46,147 bases of DNA from Candidatus Cryptobacteroides faecihippi (lineage in GTDB: Bacteria > Bacteroidota > Bacteroidia > Bacteroidales > UBA932), in contig JAGHSC010000173.1 in the NCBI GenBank assembly GCA_018066065.1, positions 1 through 46,147 of the forward strand. The letters run 5' to 3'. Made by a program: the position numbers and the translations under genes. A model generated the notes under the pieces. That model ran no database searches, was not told where the DNA came from, and saw nothing but the letters and a program-made list of their open reading frames with translations. Each line of letters begins with the position of its first letter. Position 1 is the first letter of the stretch. Positions 1-9,961 of this stretch are shown here, piece by piece.

Positions 1-60
1 GTCCCTTACGGAAGCACGACCCTGAGAATCGCTGAATTCCCTGTGGCCTGGAGATATTAG
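1..60 (+). CDS. 3' end of a gene truncated by the window edge; probable GH127/GH146 (beta-L-arabinofuranosidase-like) glycoside hydrolase
   Basis: Frame 1 reads VPYGSTTLRIAEFPVAWRY*, resembling the (I/V)PYGxTxLRIxEFP C-terminus of GH127/146-type proteins. Only 19 codons are visible. Confidence 0.55.
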   Translation, partial: VPYGSTTLRIAEFPVAWRY

Positions 61-72
61 CCGATAACGATC

Positions 73-2049
73 ATGAACACAGCTCTTTCAAGAACAGCAT
101 CTGCGGCACTGATCCTGTCAGCCTGCATCCTGATGTCGTGCGCAGGGCGCACTTCCGTCTGCATCTATGGCGGCACATCCGCTGCGGTCACAGCGGCTTA
201 TTCTGCGGCCAGGACCGGCGGCGAAGTCACCATCATCTGCCCCGACGTCACGATCGGAGGCATGACGACCGGTGGCCTCGGCCAGACCGACATCGGCAAC
301 AAGCAGGCCGTCACCGGCCTTGCAAGGCAGTTCTACCGCAAGCTCGGCGAGCATTACGGCAAGCTGGAGCAGTGGGTCTTCGAGCCTCATGTCGCAGAGG
401 AGATCCTGATGCAGTACCTCGACGAACCACACATCAGCCTCGTCCAGGGCTACCATATTACCTCGGTCGTGAAGGAAGGCACCAGGATCGTGTCGATCAC
501 CTGCACCGATGAGTCCGGGAAGTCAAGGACCATCAAGGCTGACCAGTTCATCGACTGCTCCTATGAAGGAGACCTGATGGCGATGTCCGGCGTCACCTGT
601 ACCATAGGCCGCGAGGACAATTCAGTCTACGGCGAGACCTGGAACGGCTACCAGCTCAGGCAGAATCACCAGTTCATGGACGGGATCGACCCATTCGTCG
701 TCCCCGGCGATCCGGAGAGCGGCCTTCTCTGGGGAATCAGCGACGGAAAGGCAAGAGATTATGGCACAGGTGATTCCATGGTTCAGGCCTACAACTACAG
801 GATCTGTCTCACGGACGAACCGTCCAACATGATCCCGATCGAGCGCCCGGCAGACTATGATTCGACCAGATACGAACTTCTTCTCAGGGTTCTTGAGGCT
901 GACCCGACCTTGGCGGACAAGAACAGGTGCTTCATCTGGAGCATGATGCCTGGCCGCAAGACCGACATCAACAACAGGGGAGCCTTCTCCACCGACATGA
1001 TCGGCATGAACCACAGCTACCCGGAAGCGACCTGGGAGGAGCGCAAGGAAATCCTGGCAGCCCACACTTCCTACACCCTCGGCCTCCTGTACTTCTGCGG
1101 CCACGACCCAAGGATTCCCCAGGCACTCAGGGAAGACATCCTCAAGTGGGGACTCCCGAAGGATGAATATCCAAGGACAGGACATTGGACACATCAGCTC
1201 TACATCCGCGAAAGCAGGCGCCTTGTCGGTGAATATGTGGCCACTCAGGCTGACTGCGAGAACAGGACTGACGTCAAGGATGGAGTCGGATTCGCAGCCT
1301 ACACGATGGACTCGCACAACTGCGAGAGAATCGTTGTCGAGAAGGATGGAAAGCTTATGGTCAAGAATGAAGGCAACGTCGAGATCCCTGGAGGCCATCC
1401 TTATCCCGTGTCCTACAGGAGCCTGACTCCGAAGAGGGAGGAATGTACCAACCTCCTTGTGCCTGTCTGCCTTTCCGCTTCCCACATCGCCTATGGGTCA
1501 ATCAGGATGGAACCTGTCTTCCTTGAAATGGGACAGGCCTGCGGCCTTGCTGCTGTCATGGCAGGTGATGGAAGCGTTCAGGAGATTGACGTTGAGGAAC
1601 TTCGCAGGATACTGAATGAGGATCCATGCCTTGATGGGAAGGATCCGGAGCTGGTCATCGACGAGGATTCCGAACTCATCACCGGGACCGAAGGATGGAA
1701 CCGCTTCCAGAGCTGGGACTCCTACGGCCGCACCTACAGGACCTATTCGGGCGATCCTGCTGAGAACAAGCTGAGAATCATCATCCCGGACAGCCTTGAC
1801 GGTACCTACGACATCTATGCCTTCCAGCAGAGATACGGCTGCCGTCACACCCGTTTCGTGGTAGAAACAGGAGACAGGACTGAGGAAGTGTCCTTCGACA
1901 GGACCAAACTGGTGGTTGAAGGTCAGGCTTCAGGAGAATGGGTCAAGCTTGGAACATTTGCGATACCTGCCGGCCAGGGCGGGTCGATCCGCATCCTCTC
2001 GGATGAGCCGGATGTCCGTGCCGACGCCGTTCTGATCATTCAGAAGTAG
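73..2049 (+). CDS. FAD-dependent oxidoreductase (FAD_oxidored family) lipoprotein with a C-terminal xanthan-lyase/golvesin-like beta domain
   Basis: Lipobox ILMSC; Rossmann start VCIYGGTSAA; family motifs GGMTTGGLG, FIDCSYEGDL, LYIRESRRLVG, SASHIAYGSIRMEP; C-terminal GEWVKLGTF...ADAVLI. Confidence 0.85.
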   Translation: MNTALSRTASAALILSACILMSCAGRTSVCIYGGTSAAVTAAYSAARTGGEVTIICPDVTIGGMTTGGLGQTDIGNKQAVTGLARQFYRKLGEHYGKLEQWVFEPHVAEEILMQYLDEPHISLVQGYHITSVVKEGTRIVSITCTDESGKSRTIKADQFIDCSYEGDLMAMSGVTCTIGREDNSVYGETWNGYQLRQNHQFMDGIDPFVVPGDPESGLLWGISDGKARDYGTGDSMVQAYNYRICLTDEPSNMIPIERPADYDSTRYELLLRVLEADPTLADKNRCFIWSMMPGRKTDINNRGAFSTDMIGMNHSYPEATWEERKEILAAHTSYTLGLLYFCGHDPRIPQALREDILKWGLPKDEYPRTGHWTHQLYIRESRRLVGEYVATQADCENRTDVKDGVGFAAYTMDSHNCERIVVEKDGKLMVKNEGNVEIPGGHPYPVSYRSLTPKREECTNLLVPVCLSASHIAYGSIRMEPVFLEMGQACGLAAVMAGDGSVQEIDVEELRRILNEDPCLDGKDPELVIDEDSELITGTEGWNRFQSWDSYGRTYRTYSGDPAENKLRIIIPDSLDGTYDIYAFQQRYGCRHTRFVVETGDRTEEVSFDRTKLVVEGQASGEWVKLGTFAIPAGQGGSIRILSDEPDVRADAVLIIQK

Positions 2050-4093
2050 CTGCGCTGCAGATTCTTACATTGTGGAGCCTGCAATCCTGGTGAGGGGATT
2101 GCGGGTTCTTTCCACTTATGGAGACAGTTGTCGCCCCGGTCGGGATGCAACCGATCTCCTGGGTGAGCAGATGCTGGTCTGCCGCGACCCTGAGCATCCA
2201 CCCGTAGTCTTTCTCGAACCTGTTGTAGGATCTCAGTACCAGCTGGTTCCTTCCGGCTGTCAACCTGACGCGCACCAGCTCCGGTGCAAATGTGCATCTG
2301 TACTCGTTGAGGTGCTTCATGACGGATTCGCCATTGACATAAAGCTCGGCACCGTTGCCGGCTCCGATCTCGAGCAGGACCTCCTGGTCCACAGGCGATT
2401 CAACTTCCTGCATGATGAAGGCGGTCTCCATCGGCCTGCCGTGGATCGTGCCGTGGTCTCCTTCGACAGGGATCCAGCTCTCGCTCATGGCCCACCTTGG
2501 AGGCTCGCTTAGGCTGAAGGTCTCCCTTGCGCTGGCATCGAAATCCGACTTTCCGGTCCTGACCAGATAGCGCTTTCCTTCCTTGAGAGGCTTTACATCC
2601 AGGATGACGCTTTCTCCGCCCTCAAGCTTGATGTCGGTCTCTCTGCCGTCGATTGTGGCCAGGATAGTCCTGCCTGCCTCGGATTCTGTGTAGGAGATGC
2701 ATCTTGGGGTGCCCTTCATGGCAGGGGAGAGGTTCCAGCTGTAGCTGACGACACTCTTTGAATTGGTGTAGTAGTCCTGGCAGAAATAGCTGCTGTTGGC
2801 GATCCTTGTGTCAGTGACAGTCTCTTCATCCGGTACGACAGGCTTGTTGAAAGTCAGCCTGATGACCTTGATGTCACCGTCCCATGCCCCGGGTTCAGGA
2901 ATGACCGTCAGCTCTCCCTTCCTGAGGCTCGCCTTCGAGACGCCCTCGGCGCGGACCAGCCTGTAACCCTTCATCGGAAGGACGATCCTCCCATCTTCCG
3001 GAGCCTTTCCGGAGAGTATGAGGAACAGCTTCTCGCCGTTCCTGGTTGTGTCTCCCCAGCTGAACAATGTCCGGAAGGGACTCGGGCTGGATGAGTAGAT
3101 GGCATCTCCGTTGACCTTGAGCCAGGCTCCTATGCCCTCGAGCACGGTACGCTCGTACGGAACGACCGAACCATCTCCCTTCGGGCCTATGTTGAGCAGG
3201 TAGTTTCCGCCTCTGGAGACGACGCGGATCAGGCTCTCGAGCTTCTCCCTGGTCTTGCCCTCGACATTCTCCCTCTTCTGCCAGCTGCGGTAGCCCCAGG
3301 TGGCTCCGAAGATGGAAGCCGCTGACTGCCAGGCAGTCTGGAGCGATGCTTCGGGTACATAGTTGTCGCTCATGACGGCGAAGTCATAGAATCCGTTTCC
3401 AAGCCTTCCACTGACCATGCAGTCAGGCTGGTGCTTCCTCACGAGGTCATAGAGATCCTTGCTCTGCTCCGGCGTGAGGCTGCCCATGTCGAACCAGAGT
3501 TCGCTGATTGGACCGTAGCCGGTGACCAGTTCCGTCACCTGGGCCAGGTTCAGCCTGTGGTGCTCCGGAGTGATGAAGTCTGCGTTGTGGCTGGTTATGA
3601 GTGCAGAGCATGGGGCGTGCCAGTCGATCAATGAATAGTAGAGACCGAAGCCTATCCCTCCTCTTCGGCACGCTTCGGACAGCTCGGCGATGTAGTCCCT
3701 GTGCGCAGGCGTTGCATCGAATGAGTTGTAGTCTGTCGTGGACGTGCGGAACATGCAGAACCCATCGTGATGCTTCGATGTGATCACGATCGACTTCATC
3801 CCGGCATCCTTCGCCAGCGCTACGATCGAGTCGGCGTCGAAGTGGACAGGGTTGAATTCGTCGGCGATTTCAGAGTAGACATCGCCGTAGATGCCTGCAT
3901 GTGACTGTATCTGTTCGCTGTAGCCTCTCTTCACAGGCTGGCCGTCCCAGACTCCCCCCAGATGTGAATAGAGTCCGAAGTGGATGAACATCGAGTACTT
4001 GTTGCCGTACCATGGGATTTCCGTCGGAGTCTGAGCGAACGCCTGAACTGCAGAGAGGATGATGACCGCTGCTGCGATGAGTGTCTTTTTCAT
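2036..4093 (-). CDS. Alpha-L-fucosidase (GH29) with C-terminal extension
   Basis: MFIHFGLYS, TSKHHDGF, LYYSLIDW, WFDMG (nucleophile region), GGNYLLNIGP. Signal peptide MKKTLIAAAVIILSAVQAFA|Q. Start placed at 4093 (4099 also possible) rather than the TTG at 4117. Confidence 0.88.
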   Translation of the reverse strand: MKKTLIAAAVIILSAVQAFAQTPTEIPWYGNKYSMFIHFGLYSHLGGVWDGQPVKRGYSEQIQSHAGIYGDVYSEIADEFNPVHFDADSIVALAKDAGMKSIVITSKHHDGFCMFRTSTTDYNSFDATPAHRDYIAELSEACRRGGIGFGLYYSLIDWHAPCSALITSHNADFITPEHHRLNLAQVTELVTGYGPISELWFDMGSLTPEQSKDLYDLVRKHQPDCMVSGRLGNGFYDFAVMSDNYVPEASLQTAWQSAASIFGATWGYRSWQKRENVEGKTREKLESLIRVVSRGGNYLLNIGPKGDGSVVPYERTVLEGIGAWLKVNGDAIYSSSPSPFRTLFSWGDTTRNGEKLFLILSGKAPEDGRIVLPMKGYRLVRAEGVSKASLRKGELTVIPEPGAWDGDIKVIRLTFNKPVVPDEETVTDTRIANSSYFCQDYYTNSKSVVSYSWNLSPAMKGTPRCISYTESEAGRTILATIDGRETDIKLEGGESVILDVKPLKEGKRYLVRTGKSDFDASARETFSLSEPPRWAMSESWIPVEGDHGTIHGRPMETAFIMQEVESPVDQEVLLEIGAGNGAELYVNGESVMKHLNEYRCTFAPELVRVRLTAGRNQLVLRSYNRFEKDYGWMLRVAADQHLLTQEIGCIPTGATTVSISGKNPQSPHQDCRLHNVRICSAATSE

Positions 4094-4145
4094 GTTCATA
4101 TTCCCAAATATAGCCAAGATTGTCGCATATTCCTTGGAAAAAGCC

Positions 4146-4153
4146 TAAATTTG
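4146..4153 (+). promoter_or_regulatory. Bacteroidota sigma-A -7 element for the DMT-MATE unit
   Basis: TAAATTTG matches TAnnTTTG, 18 nt upstream of the ATG at 4172. Confidence 0.6.
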
Positions 4154-4171
4154 CCGCAAGTAGGTGTTACC

Positions 4172-5110
4172 ATGCAGTATCTTGGAGAAATCTTGTCGCT
4201 TGTCGTTGCAGTCAGCTGGACTGCGACCGCATTGTTTGCAGACATTGCCAGCCACAGGATCGGCGCCCTGCCTCTCAACCTGATCAGGATGGCTCTTTCA
4301 CTGATCTTCCTTGCAGCGCTTCTCCTTGTCTTCACCGGTTCTCCGTTTCCTCTGCATGCAGGTGCTGCCGCATGGTTCTGGCTCGCCCTTTCGGGAATAG
4401 TGGGCTATGTGTTTGGAGACTACTGCCTGTTCAACTCCTATGTCATCTTCGGTTCGAAATACGGTCAGCTCTTCATGACGCTTGCCCCTCCTGTCGCGGG
4501 AATCGCCGGCTGGCTCATGCTGGGCGAGACCATGCACTGGCAGTCCTGGCTGGCCATGATGGTCACCGTGACCGGAATCGGAATCACCATCCTTGCAAAG
4601 AAGGATGGCAGCAACACCCTGACGGTCAAGCTTCCGCTGAAGGGCATCCTTTTCGGGATCGGTGCCGGCATCGGTCAGGGAGTCGGCCTGGTGCTCAGCA
4701 AGATCGGGCTCGAGTGCTACGAGGCTTCGATACCTTCCGATGCACCGACCGCCATCACGACTCTCATGCCGTTCTCCGGAACCTTCATCAGGGCCATCTT
4801 CGGATTGATCGGCTTCTTCATGATGCTCCTGGTCCAGAGGTCCCTTGGAAAGGTGGTGGATGCCTTCCATGACGGCAAGGCGATGACTCTCGCAGGCCTG
4901 ACCACCTTCTTCGGCCCGTTCCTCGGCGTCTCCCTGTCACTGATGGCAGTCCAGTATGCCAAGGCGGGCATCGCCTCCACGCTGATGGCTCTGACTCCTG
5001 TCCTTATCCTTCTGCCTTATTCATTGATCTACAGGCAGAGACTGTCTGTCAAGGAAGTCATGGGAACGCTTGTGACAGTCGGCGGAGTCGCCCTGTTCTT
5101 CATGTTGTAG
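4172..5110 (+). CDS. DMT/EamA-family inner-membrane transporter
   Basis: About 10 hydrophobic segments in two EamA-like halves, starting MQYLGEILSLVVAVSW. The ORF-track start at 3980 overlaps the GH29 gene and is unlikely. Confidence 0.85.
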   Translation: MQYLGEILSLVVAVSWTATALFADIASHRIGALPLNLIRMALSLIFLAALLLVFTGSPFPLHAGAAAWFWLALSGIVGYVFGDYCLFNSYVIFGSKYGQLFMTLAPPVAGIAGWLMLGETMHWQSWLAMMVTVTGIGITILAKKDGSNTLTVKLPLKGILFGIGAGIGQGVGLVLSKIGLECYEASIPSDAPTAITTLMPFSGTFIRAIFGLIGFFMMLLVQRSLGKVVDAFHDGKAMTLAGLTTFFGPFLGVSLSLMAVQYAKAGIASTLMALTPVLILLPYSLIYRQRLSVKEVMGTLVTVGGVALFFML

Positions 5111-5131
5111 GTCTTGTCAGGGAGAGGTAGT

Positions 5132-6463
5132 ATGCAGGTTGAGCTTTCAGGACACTATGGCTACGGCAGGATCGTAAGGACGATGTTCCCGATGGTCATG
5201 ATGATGATCGTCATCTCGATCTACAGCATCGTCGATGGCTTCTTCATCTCCAACTATGCCGGAAGCACCGCGTTTGCAGGCATGAATCTCATCTGGCCTG
5301 CGATTGCCCTTGTCGGAGCCCTTGGCATGATGGTTGGGTCCGGTGGAAGTGCCTTGGTGTCAAAGACTTTGGGTGAAGGGGACCCGGAGAGGGCACGTCA
5401 GGTCTTCTCCATGCTCATCCGTGTCACCATCGCTGCCGGAGTGGTACTTGCCGTGCTTTTGTTCATATTCATGCCTCAGGTGGCTTCCTTCCTCGGTTCG
5501 GATGATGAGATGATGCCCTATGCCGTGTCCTATGGAAGGATACTGATCACCGTGCTGCCGGGCTACATGCTTCAGACTGCCTTCCAGCCATTCTTCATGG
5601 CTGCTGAAAAGCCGGAACTGGGAACGCGTCTGAGCATCATCTGCGGCGTCACCAACATCCTCCTGGATGCGCTTTTCGTCGCTGTCTTCGGGTGGGGCCT
5701 GACCGGCGCTGCATGGGCCAGCTCCATAGGCCTGCTTGTCGGAGGCTTCTATCCTCTCTGGTATTTCTCTTCGAAGAAGAATGCCACCCAGCTCTGGATA
5801 GTGCCTTGCGGCTTGGACTGGAAAAGCATCCTCAAGTCCTGCACGAACGGTCTTTCCGAGTTTGTCGGGAACATCGCGCTGAACATCATAGGAATATGCT
5901 ACAACTGGCAGCTGATGGCCTACATCGGGGCTGACGGAGTCTCTGCCTATGGGATCATCATGTATCTGGGATTCATCTTTGCAGCGGTCTTCATCGGCTA
6001 CAACATGGGCATAACCCAGATCATTGCCTACAACTACGGTGCGGGCAACCATCAGGAAATGAGGAGCCTGCTCCACAAGAGCATTGTCCTCGCCCTGGTC
6101 TTCGGCTTTCTCCTTGTGGGGGCTGCCGAACTGACGGCCCCGGCCGTCGTGAAGGTCTTCGTGGGCTACGACAAAGTCCTGAGCGACATCTCGCTGCAGG
6201 GATTGAGAATCTACATGCTGAGCTTCCTGATCTGCGGCGTGAACATGTTTACCTCTGCCTGGTTCACTGCCTTGAACAATGGAACCATCTCTGCAGCAGC
6301 GGCTTTCCTGCGCACACTGGTCTTCGAGATGGCTGCTGTGTTCGCGCTGCCACCTCTGTTCGGAGTGGATGGAATCTGGATGTCCGTGAATGTGGCCGAG
6401 GTGCTCTCGCTCATCGTGTCGATCGCACTGATCGCCTCATTCCGGAAACGCTATGAGTATTGA
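5132..6463 (+). CDS. MATE-family efflux transporter
   Basis: SIYSIVDGFFISN, GxGGSALVSKTLG, NILLDALF, IAYNYGAGN; about 12 TM segments. ATG start at 5132. Confidence 0.9.
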   Translation: MQVELSGHYGYGRIVRTMFPMVMMMIVISIYSIVDGFFISNYAGSTAFAGMNLIWPAIALVGALGMMVGSGGSALVSKTLGEGDPERARQVFSMLIRVTIAAGVVLAVLLFIFMPQVASFLGSDDEMMPYAVSYGRILITVLPGYMLQTAFQPFFMAAEKPELGTRLSIICGVTNILLDALFVAVFGWGLTGAAWASSIGLLVGGFYPLWYFSSKKNATQLWIVPCGLDWKSILKSCTNGLSEFVGNIALNIIGICYNWQLMAYIGADGVSAYGIIMYLGFIFAAVFIGYNMGITQIIAYNYGAGNHQEMRSLLHKSIVLALVFGFLLVGAAELTAPAVVKVFVGYDKVLSDISLQGLRIYMLSFLICGVNMFTSAWFTALNNGTISAAAAFLRTLVFEMAAVFALPPLFGVDGIWMSVNVAEVLSLIVSIALIASFRKRYEY

Positions 6464-6469
6464 CCGAGC

Positions 6470-6793
6470 CTATTCAGCGATGACCTTGGTCTCGTAGCCA
6501 AGCTTCGTGAGTGCTGCGTGGAGCTTCTCGACGGTGGTCTTCTTTGGGTCGAATGTGATTGTGACGGTCTTTGATGGAAGATCGACCTTGAGGTCCTTTA
6601 CACCCTTCTCGAAACTCATGTTCTCGGTGATCTTCTTGACGCAGTTCTTGCAGTGCATGCTGACTGAGAACTTCGCTGTCTGGGTCTTGGCTGCAGGAGC
6701 GGCTGCAATGGTCTCTGCTGCGAAAGCCTCGGTTGTGCCTGAGAATGATGCTGCCATCACGAGGGCAGCCATGATCATCATGAACTTTTTCAT
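6470..6793 (-). CDS. Exported heavy-metal-associated (HMA) domain protein / metallochaperone
   Basis: Signal peptide, then MHCKNC (MxCxxC) and GVKDLKVDL...LGY, typical of the HMA fold. Confidence 0.88.
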   Translation of the reverse strand: MKKFMMIMAALVMAASFSGTTEAFAAETIAAAPAAKTQTAKFSVSMHCKNCVKKITENMSFEKGVKDLKVDLPSKTVTITFDPKKTTVEKLHAALTKLGYETKVIAE

Positions 6794-6806
6794 GTCTGTT
6801 ATTCCA

Positions 6807-8813
6807 TTAAGCTGTTTTCCAAATCGTTATCCTGAATCCGACGTAGAGCTTGGTGCCCATGATAGGGCCCCAGACCTGGCTGGCGTCGAAACTGTCTGAG
6901 AATGGATCTCCGATGATGACTTCCTTCTGGCGGAAGCCTGTGAGATTCTCTCCGCCTGCGTAGATGTCGAATCCCTTGAATCTCTTCGTTATCTGGGCGT
7001 AGAGGAGAGGGTAGGCAGGAGTCAGCCCTCCACCCATGAAGTCCCACTTGCGGGCAGGTCCGTTGACGGATGCCGTGAAGTCGAAGATCCACTTGTTGAG
7101 CGGCAGGGCGTACTGCATGTTGAGCACTCCCTTGTACCTTGATGTCATCGGCTTCTCGTGAAGCACGCCGTCGGAAAGAGTCATGCGTGCGTCCGTGTAG
7201 CGGAAGGTAGCAGTGATGTTGAACCTTTCCGCCGGCTCGATGTAGAAGTCTGCCTGGTAGGAACTTGTGAAGGATCTTCCGTCGTCCACCGAGGTCAGGT
7301 CGAAGAACTTGATCTCGCGTTCTGCATATTCAATGACCTTCTGCTGCGTGAAGCCTGTCCTGAACCAGTCAAGTGAGAGGTAGGAGCTGAGGAACGGGAA
7401 GTACCAGGTCGCGTTCGCTCCGGTCGTCCATGCATCCTCCAGGGTGTGGCTCATCAGGTCCCCGACGTACTCCTTGCCTGTGGAAAGGATGCCGATGTTG
7501 TCGATGACAGGGGTGGAGAAGCGCAGGCCTCTTCCTGCATTGGCGCGCAGGACGAGGGACTCGGCAGGATTCCACCTGAGGGTGAGCCTTGGGATGGCCT
7601 TTAGACCTTCCCCCTTGTACCAGTCGCCCCTGAGTGCGGCGATCAGCGAGAAATTCTCTCCCTTCTTGAAGGTGTATTCTCCGTAGATGCCACCGAAGCC
7701 CAGGTTGCTCTTCACGAGGTTTCCGGCGAGGTTCTCTGAATATGCGTCCATGGTGCCGCTTGCCCCGATTGTGAATTTCTGCTCCTCGCTGACTTCCCTC
7801 TGGTAGATGAAGTTGAGGAATCCTGAATTCTGTGTGGCGTCGTAGCCCTTGAACCCGAACTCGGAATCCATGTCCTGGATCGTCCAGTCGCCGATGATGC
7901 CAAGGCTGGTGCCGGCATCCTCAGAGAATGGGATTCCTATCTTGAAGTAGGTGTTGAGGCTGTTGTTCCTGATGTCGGAGGTCCATGGGGCGCTTGAATC
8001 CATCAGGGTCGGCATGCCCAGCTGTCCTCCCTGCCTGGAGTCGCTGACCGCCTTGAATCCGAATCTCACGCGCACTTTCGGAGCGTAGTAGAGCCATCTG
8101 TTGGAGACATTGAACTGCAGCTGCCTTGGGTCGTCGACGAAGGTGTCGCCGTTCATGTCCATCGTCTTGAAGTTGCCTGAGACGTGTCCCATCGCCACCG
8201 TACTCCACCTGTCACCGATCTGCTGTGAGCTCACGATGTTGAAGTCGGTCTTGCTGTCTGCCATTGTGGACAGGTTGACGAACAGAGGGATCTCGTCCGT
8301 CGGCTTCCTGTGCTCGAGGTTTATTGTTCCGGTGATCGACTCGCCTCCGTTGATGACGGAGGAAGCCCCCTTTGCAACCTGGATGGAGGAAAGCCATTGT
8401 CCCGGCACGTAGCTGAGCCCGAACGGGGCGGCAAGGCCTCTCATGACAGGCCTGTTCTCGTCCAGCATCTGCGTGTAGATGCCGCTCAGGCCCAGGAGCC
8501 TGATCTGACGCGCTCCGGTCGTCGCATCTGAATATCCAACAGTCACGCTGGCAGAGTTCTCGAAGCTTTCGGCAAGGTTGCAGCAGGCCATCTTCTGGAG
8601 CCCTGCACTGTTGATCGCCTCGACCCTCATGTCCTTGAACTTGGAAGTATGCGAGCCCTGGGCGGAGACGAAGACCGCGCTCTTGAGGGAGTCCTTCCTC
8701 TCTCCGTAGATCTTCGTTGTGTCAACTGGGTTGCCGTTCTGGTCGACGATCTGTGCCGCGGCCTGGAGAAAGGTCACGGATGCAAGGAAGAGTGCTGTCA
8801 GGGTCTTCTTCAC
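6807..8813 (-). CDS. TonB-dependent outer-membrane receptor, metal-associated type
   Basis: GTG start with signal peptide; plug motifs KMACCNLAESFE and IQVAKGASSV; C-terminal beta-strand LYVGFRITIW; directly upstream of the HMA gene. Confidence 0.85.
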   Translation of the reverse strand: MKKTLTALFLASVTFLQAAAQIVDQNGNPVDTTKIYGERKDSLKSAVFVSAQGSHTSKFKDMRVEAINSAGLQKMACCNLAESFENSASVTVGYSDATTGARQIRLLGLSGIYTQMLDENRPVMRGLAAPFGLSYVPGQWLSSIQVAKGASSVINGGESITGTINLEHRKPTDEIPLFVNLSTMADSKTDFNIVSSQQIGDRWSTVAMGHVSGNFKTMDMNGDTFVDDPRQLQFNVSNRWLYYAPKVRVRFGFKAVSDSRQGGQLGMPTLMDSSAPWTSDIRNNSLNTYFKIGIPFSEDAGTSLGIIGDWTIQDMDSEFGFKGYDATQNSGFLNFIYQREVSEEQKFTIGASGTMDAYSENLAGNLVKSNLGFGGIYGEYTFKKGENFSLIAALRGDWYKGEGLKAIPRLTLRWNPAESLVLRANAGRGLRFSTPVIDNIGILSTGKEYVGDLMSHTLEDAWTTGANATWYFPFLSSYLSLDWFRTGFTQQKVIEYAEREIKFFDLTSVDDGRSFTSSYQADFYIEPAERFNITATFRYTDARMTLSDGVLHEKPMTSRYKGVLNMQYALPLNKWIFDFTASVNGPARKWDFMGGGLTPAYPLLYAQITKRFKGFDIYAGGENLTGFRQKEVIIGDPFSDSFDASQVWGPIMGTKLYVGFRITIWKTA

Positions 8814-8826
8814 TGGATGGAATGCT

Positions 8827-9804
8827 TTAGATTATGCTGTTCTTTCTTGTCCATTCCACGATCTCTGGAACGTAGCCGAAGGCAAGTCCGGTGACCGTGT
8901 CTGCGCAACCGTAGTAGACGGCAAGCCGTCCGGTCTCCTCGTCGTGGAGGGCTGCGCATGGGAAGGTGACGTTCGGGACGTCGCCCGTGAGCTCGTAGAT
9001 CTCGCGCGGAGCCATGAGGTATGGACCGCTTCTGGCGAGAACCTTCCAAGGCTGCTCAAGGTCGAGAAGGGCTGAGCCGAATGAATAGACATAGCCGTTG
9101 CATGAGTGGAGAACTCCATGGAACAGGAGCAGCCAGCCGTCCTTGGTCTCGATCGGGATCGGACCTGCGCCAACTTTCATGCACTGCCATGCGCTGACTT
9201 CGAAAGGAGCCGGAGCCATGACGTGGCGGTGGTGTCCCCAGTACTCGAAATCAGGTGATTCAGAGTAGAATATGTCTCCGAATGCGGTGTGTCCCGTGTC
9301 GCTTGGACGGGAGAGCATCGCGAACTTTCCGTTGATCTTCCTAGGGAAGAGGACTCCGTTGCGGTTGTAGGGCAGGAAGGCGTTCTCGAGCTGGTGGAAG
9401 ACTTCGAAGTCGGTAGTCCATGCTGCGCCGATGGTCGGACCGTGGTAGCCGTTGCACCAGGTGACGTAGAATCTGTCCTCGATCCAGCAGACGCGTGGGT
9501 CGTAGCCATAGACCCATTCTCCCACTTCAGGGTCTGCTCCTTCAAGCCTGATGTCCTCCTCGTTGATCTCCCAGTCGATTCCGTTGACCGAGAAGCCGAC
9601 GTGGAGCCTCATGCGGCGGTTGGTGTCGTCGCAGCGGAAAACTCCGGCGAAGTGGTACTTGCCCTTTTCGAAGGGGACTACTGCTGAGTTGAATATCGAG
9701 TTGGAAGTCGAGAGCAGGTCGCGCGGAATGATTGGATTTGCGGAGTATCTCCACAGAACATCCTTTGATCCTTCCCTTCTATCTTCCCATGGAATCGATG
9801 CCAT
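8827..9804 (-). CDS. GH130 beta-mannoside phosphorylase (beta-1,4-mannosyl-GlcNAc / mannooligosaccharide phosphorylase type)
   Basis: [63 protein letters not shown]; no signal peptide. Confidence 0.9.
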   Translation of the reverse strand: MASIPWEDRREGSKDVLWRYSANPIIPRDLLSTSNSIFNSAVVPFEKGKYHFAGVFRCDDTNRRMRLHVGFSVNGIDWEINEEDIRLEGADPEVGEWVYGYDPRVCWIEDRFYVTWCNGYHGPTIGAAWTTDFEVFHQLENAFLPYNRNGVLFPRKINGKFAMLSRPSDTGHTAFGDIFYSESPDFEYWGHHRHVMAPAPFEVSAWQCMKVGAGPIPIETKDGWLLLFHGVLHSCNGYVYSFGSALLDLEQPWKVLARSGPYLMAPREIYELTGDVPNVTFPCAALHDEETGRLAVYYGCADTVTGLAFGYVPEIVEWTRKNSII

Positions 9805-9831
9805 TTTCCTTTCTTTTTAAAAAGTAACCTG

Positions 9832-9839
9832 CAAATATA
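9832..9839 (-). promoter_or_regulatory. -7 element for the GH130-TBDR-HMA unit
   Basis: Reverse complement is TATATTTG (followed by C), 27 nt upstream of the GH130 start. Confidence 0.6.
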
Positions 9840-9904
9840 GTTCTTTATTTCGATTTCAGGATGGTTCGTTGCTGCCATAATTGCGGTTGCGCATGGCTCT
9901 TGAT

Positions 9905-9935
9905 TTTGAAAAACGGGCGGAATTGACTAACTTTA
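9905..9935 (+). promoter_or_regulatory. Putative -33/-7 promoter for the GH28-like triplet
   Basis: TTTG (9905-9908) and TAACTTTA (9928-9935, one mismatch to TAnnTTTG), spaced 19 nt apart. Confidence 0.45.
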
Positions 9936-9961
9936 GATGCTAAATCACAACATTCTGATTC

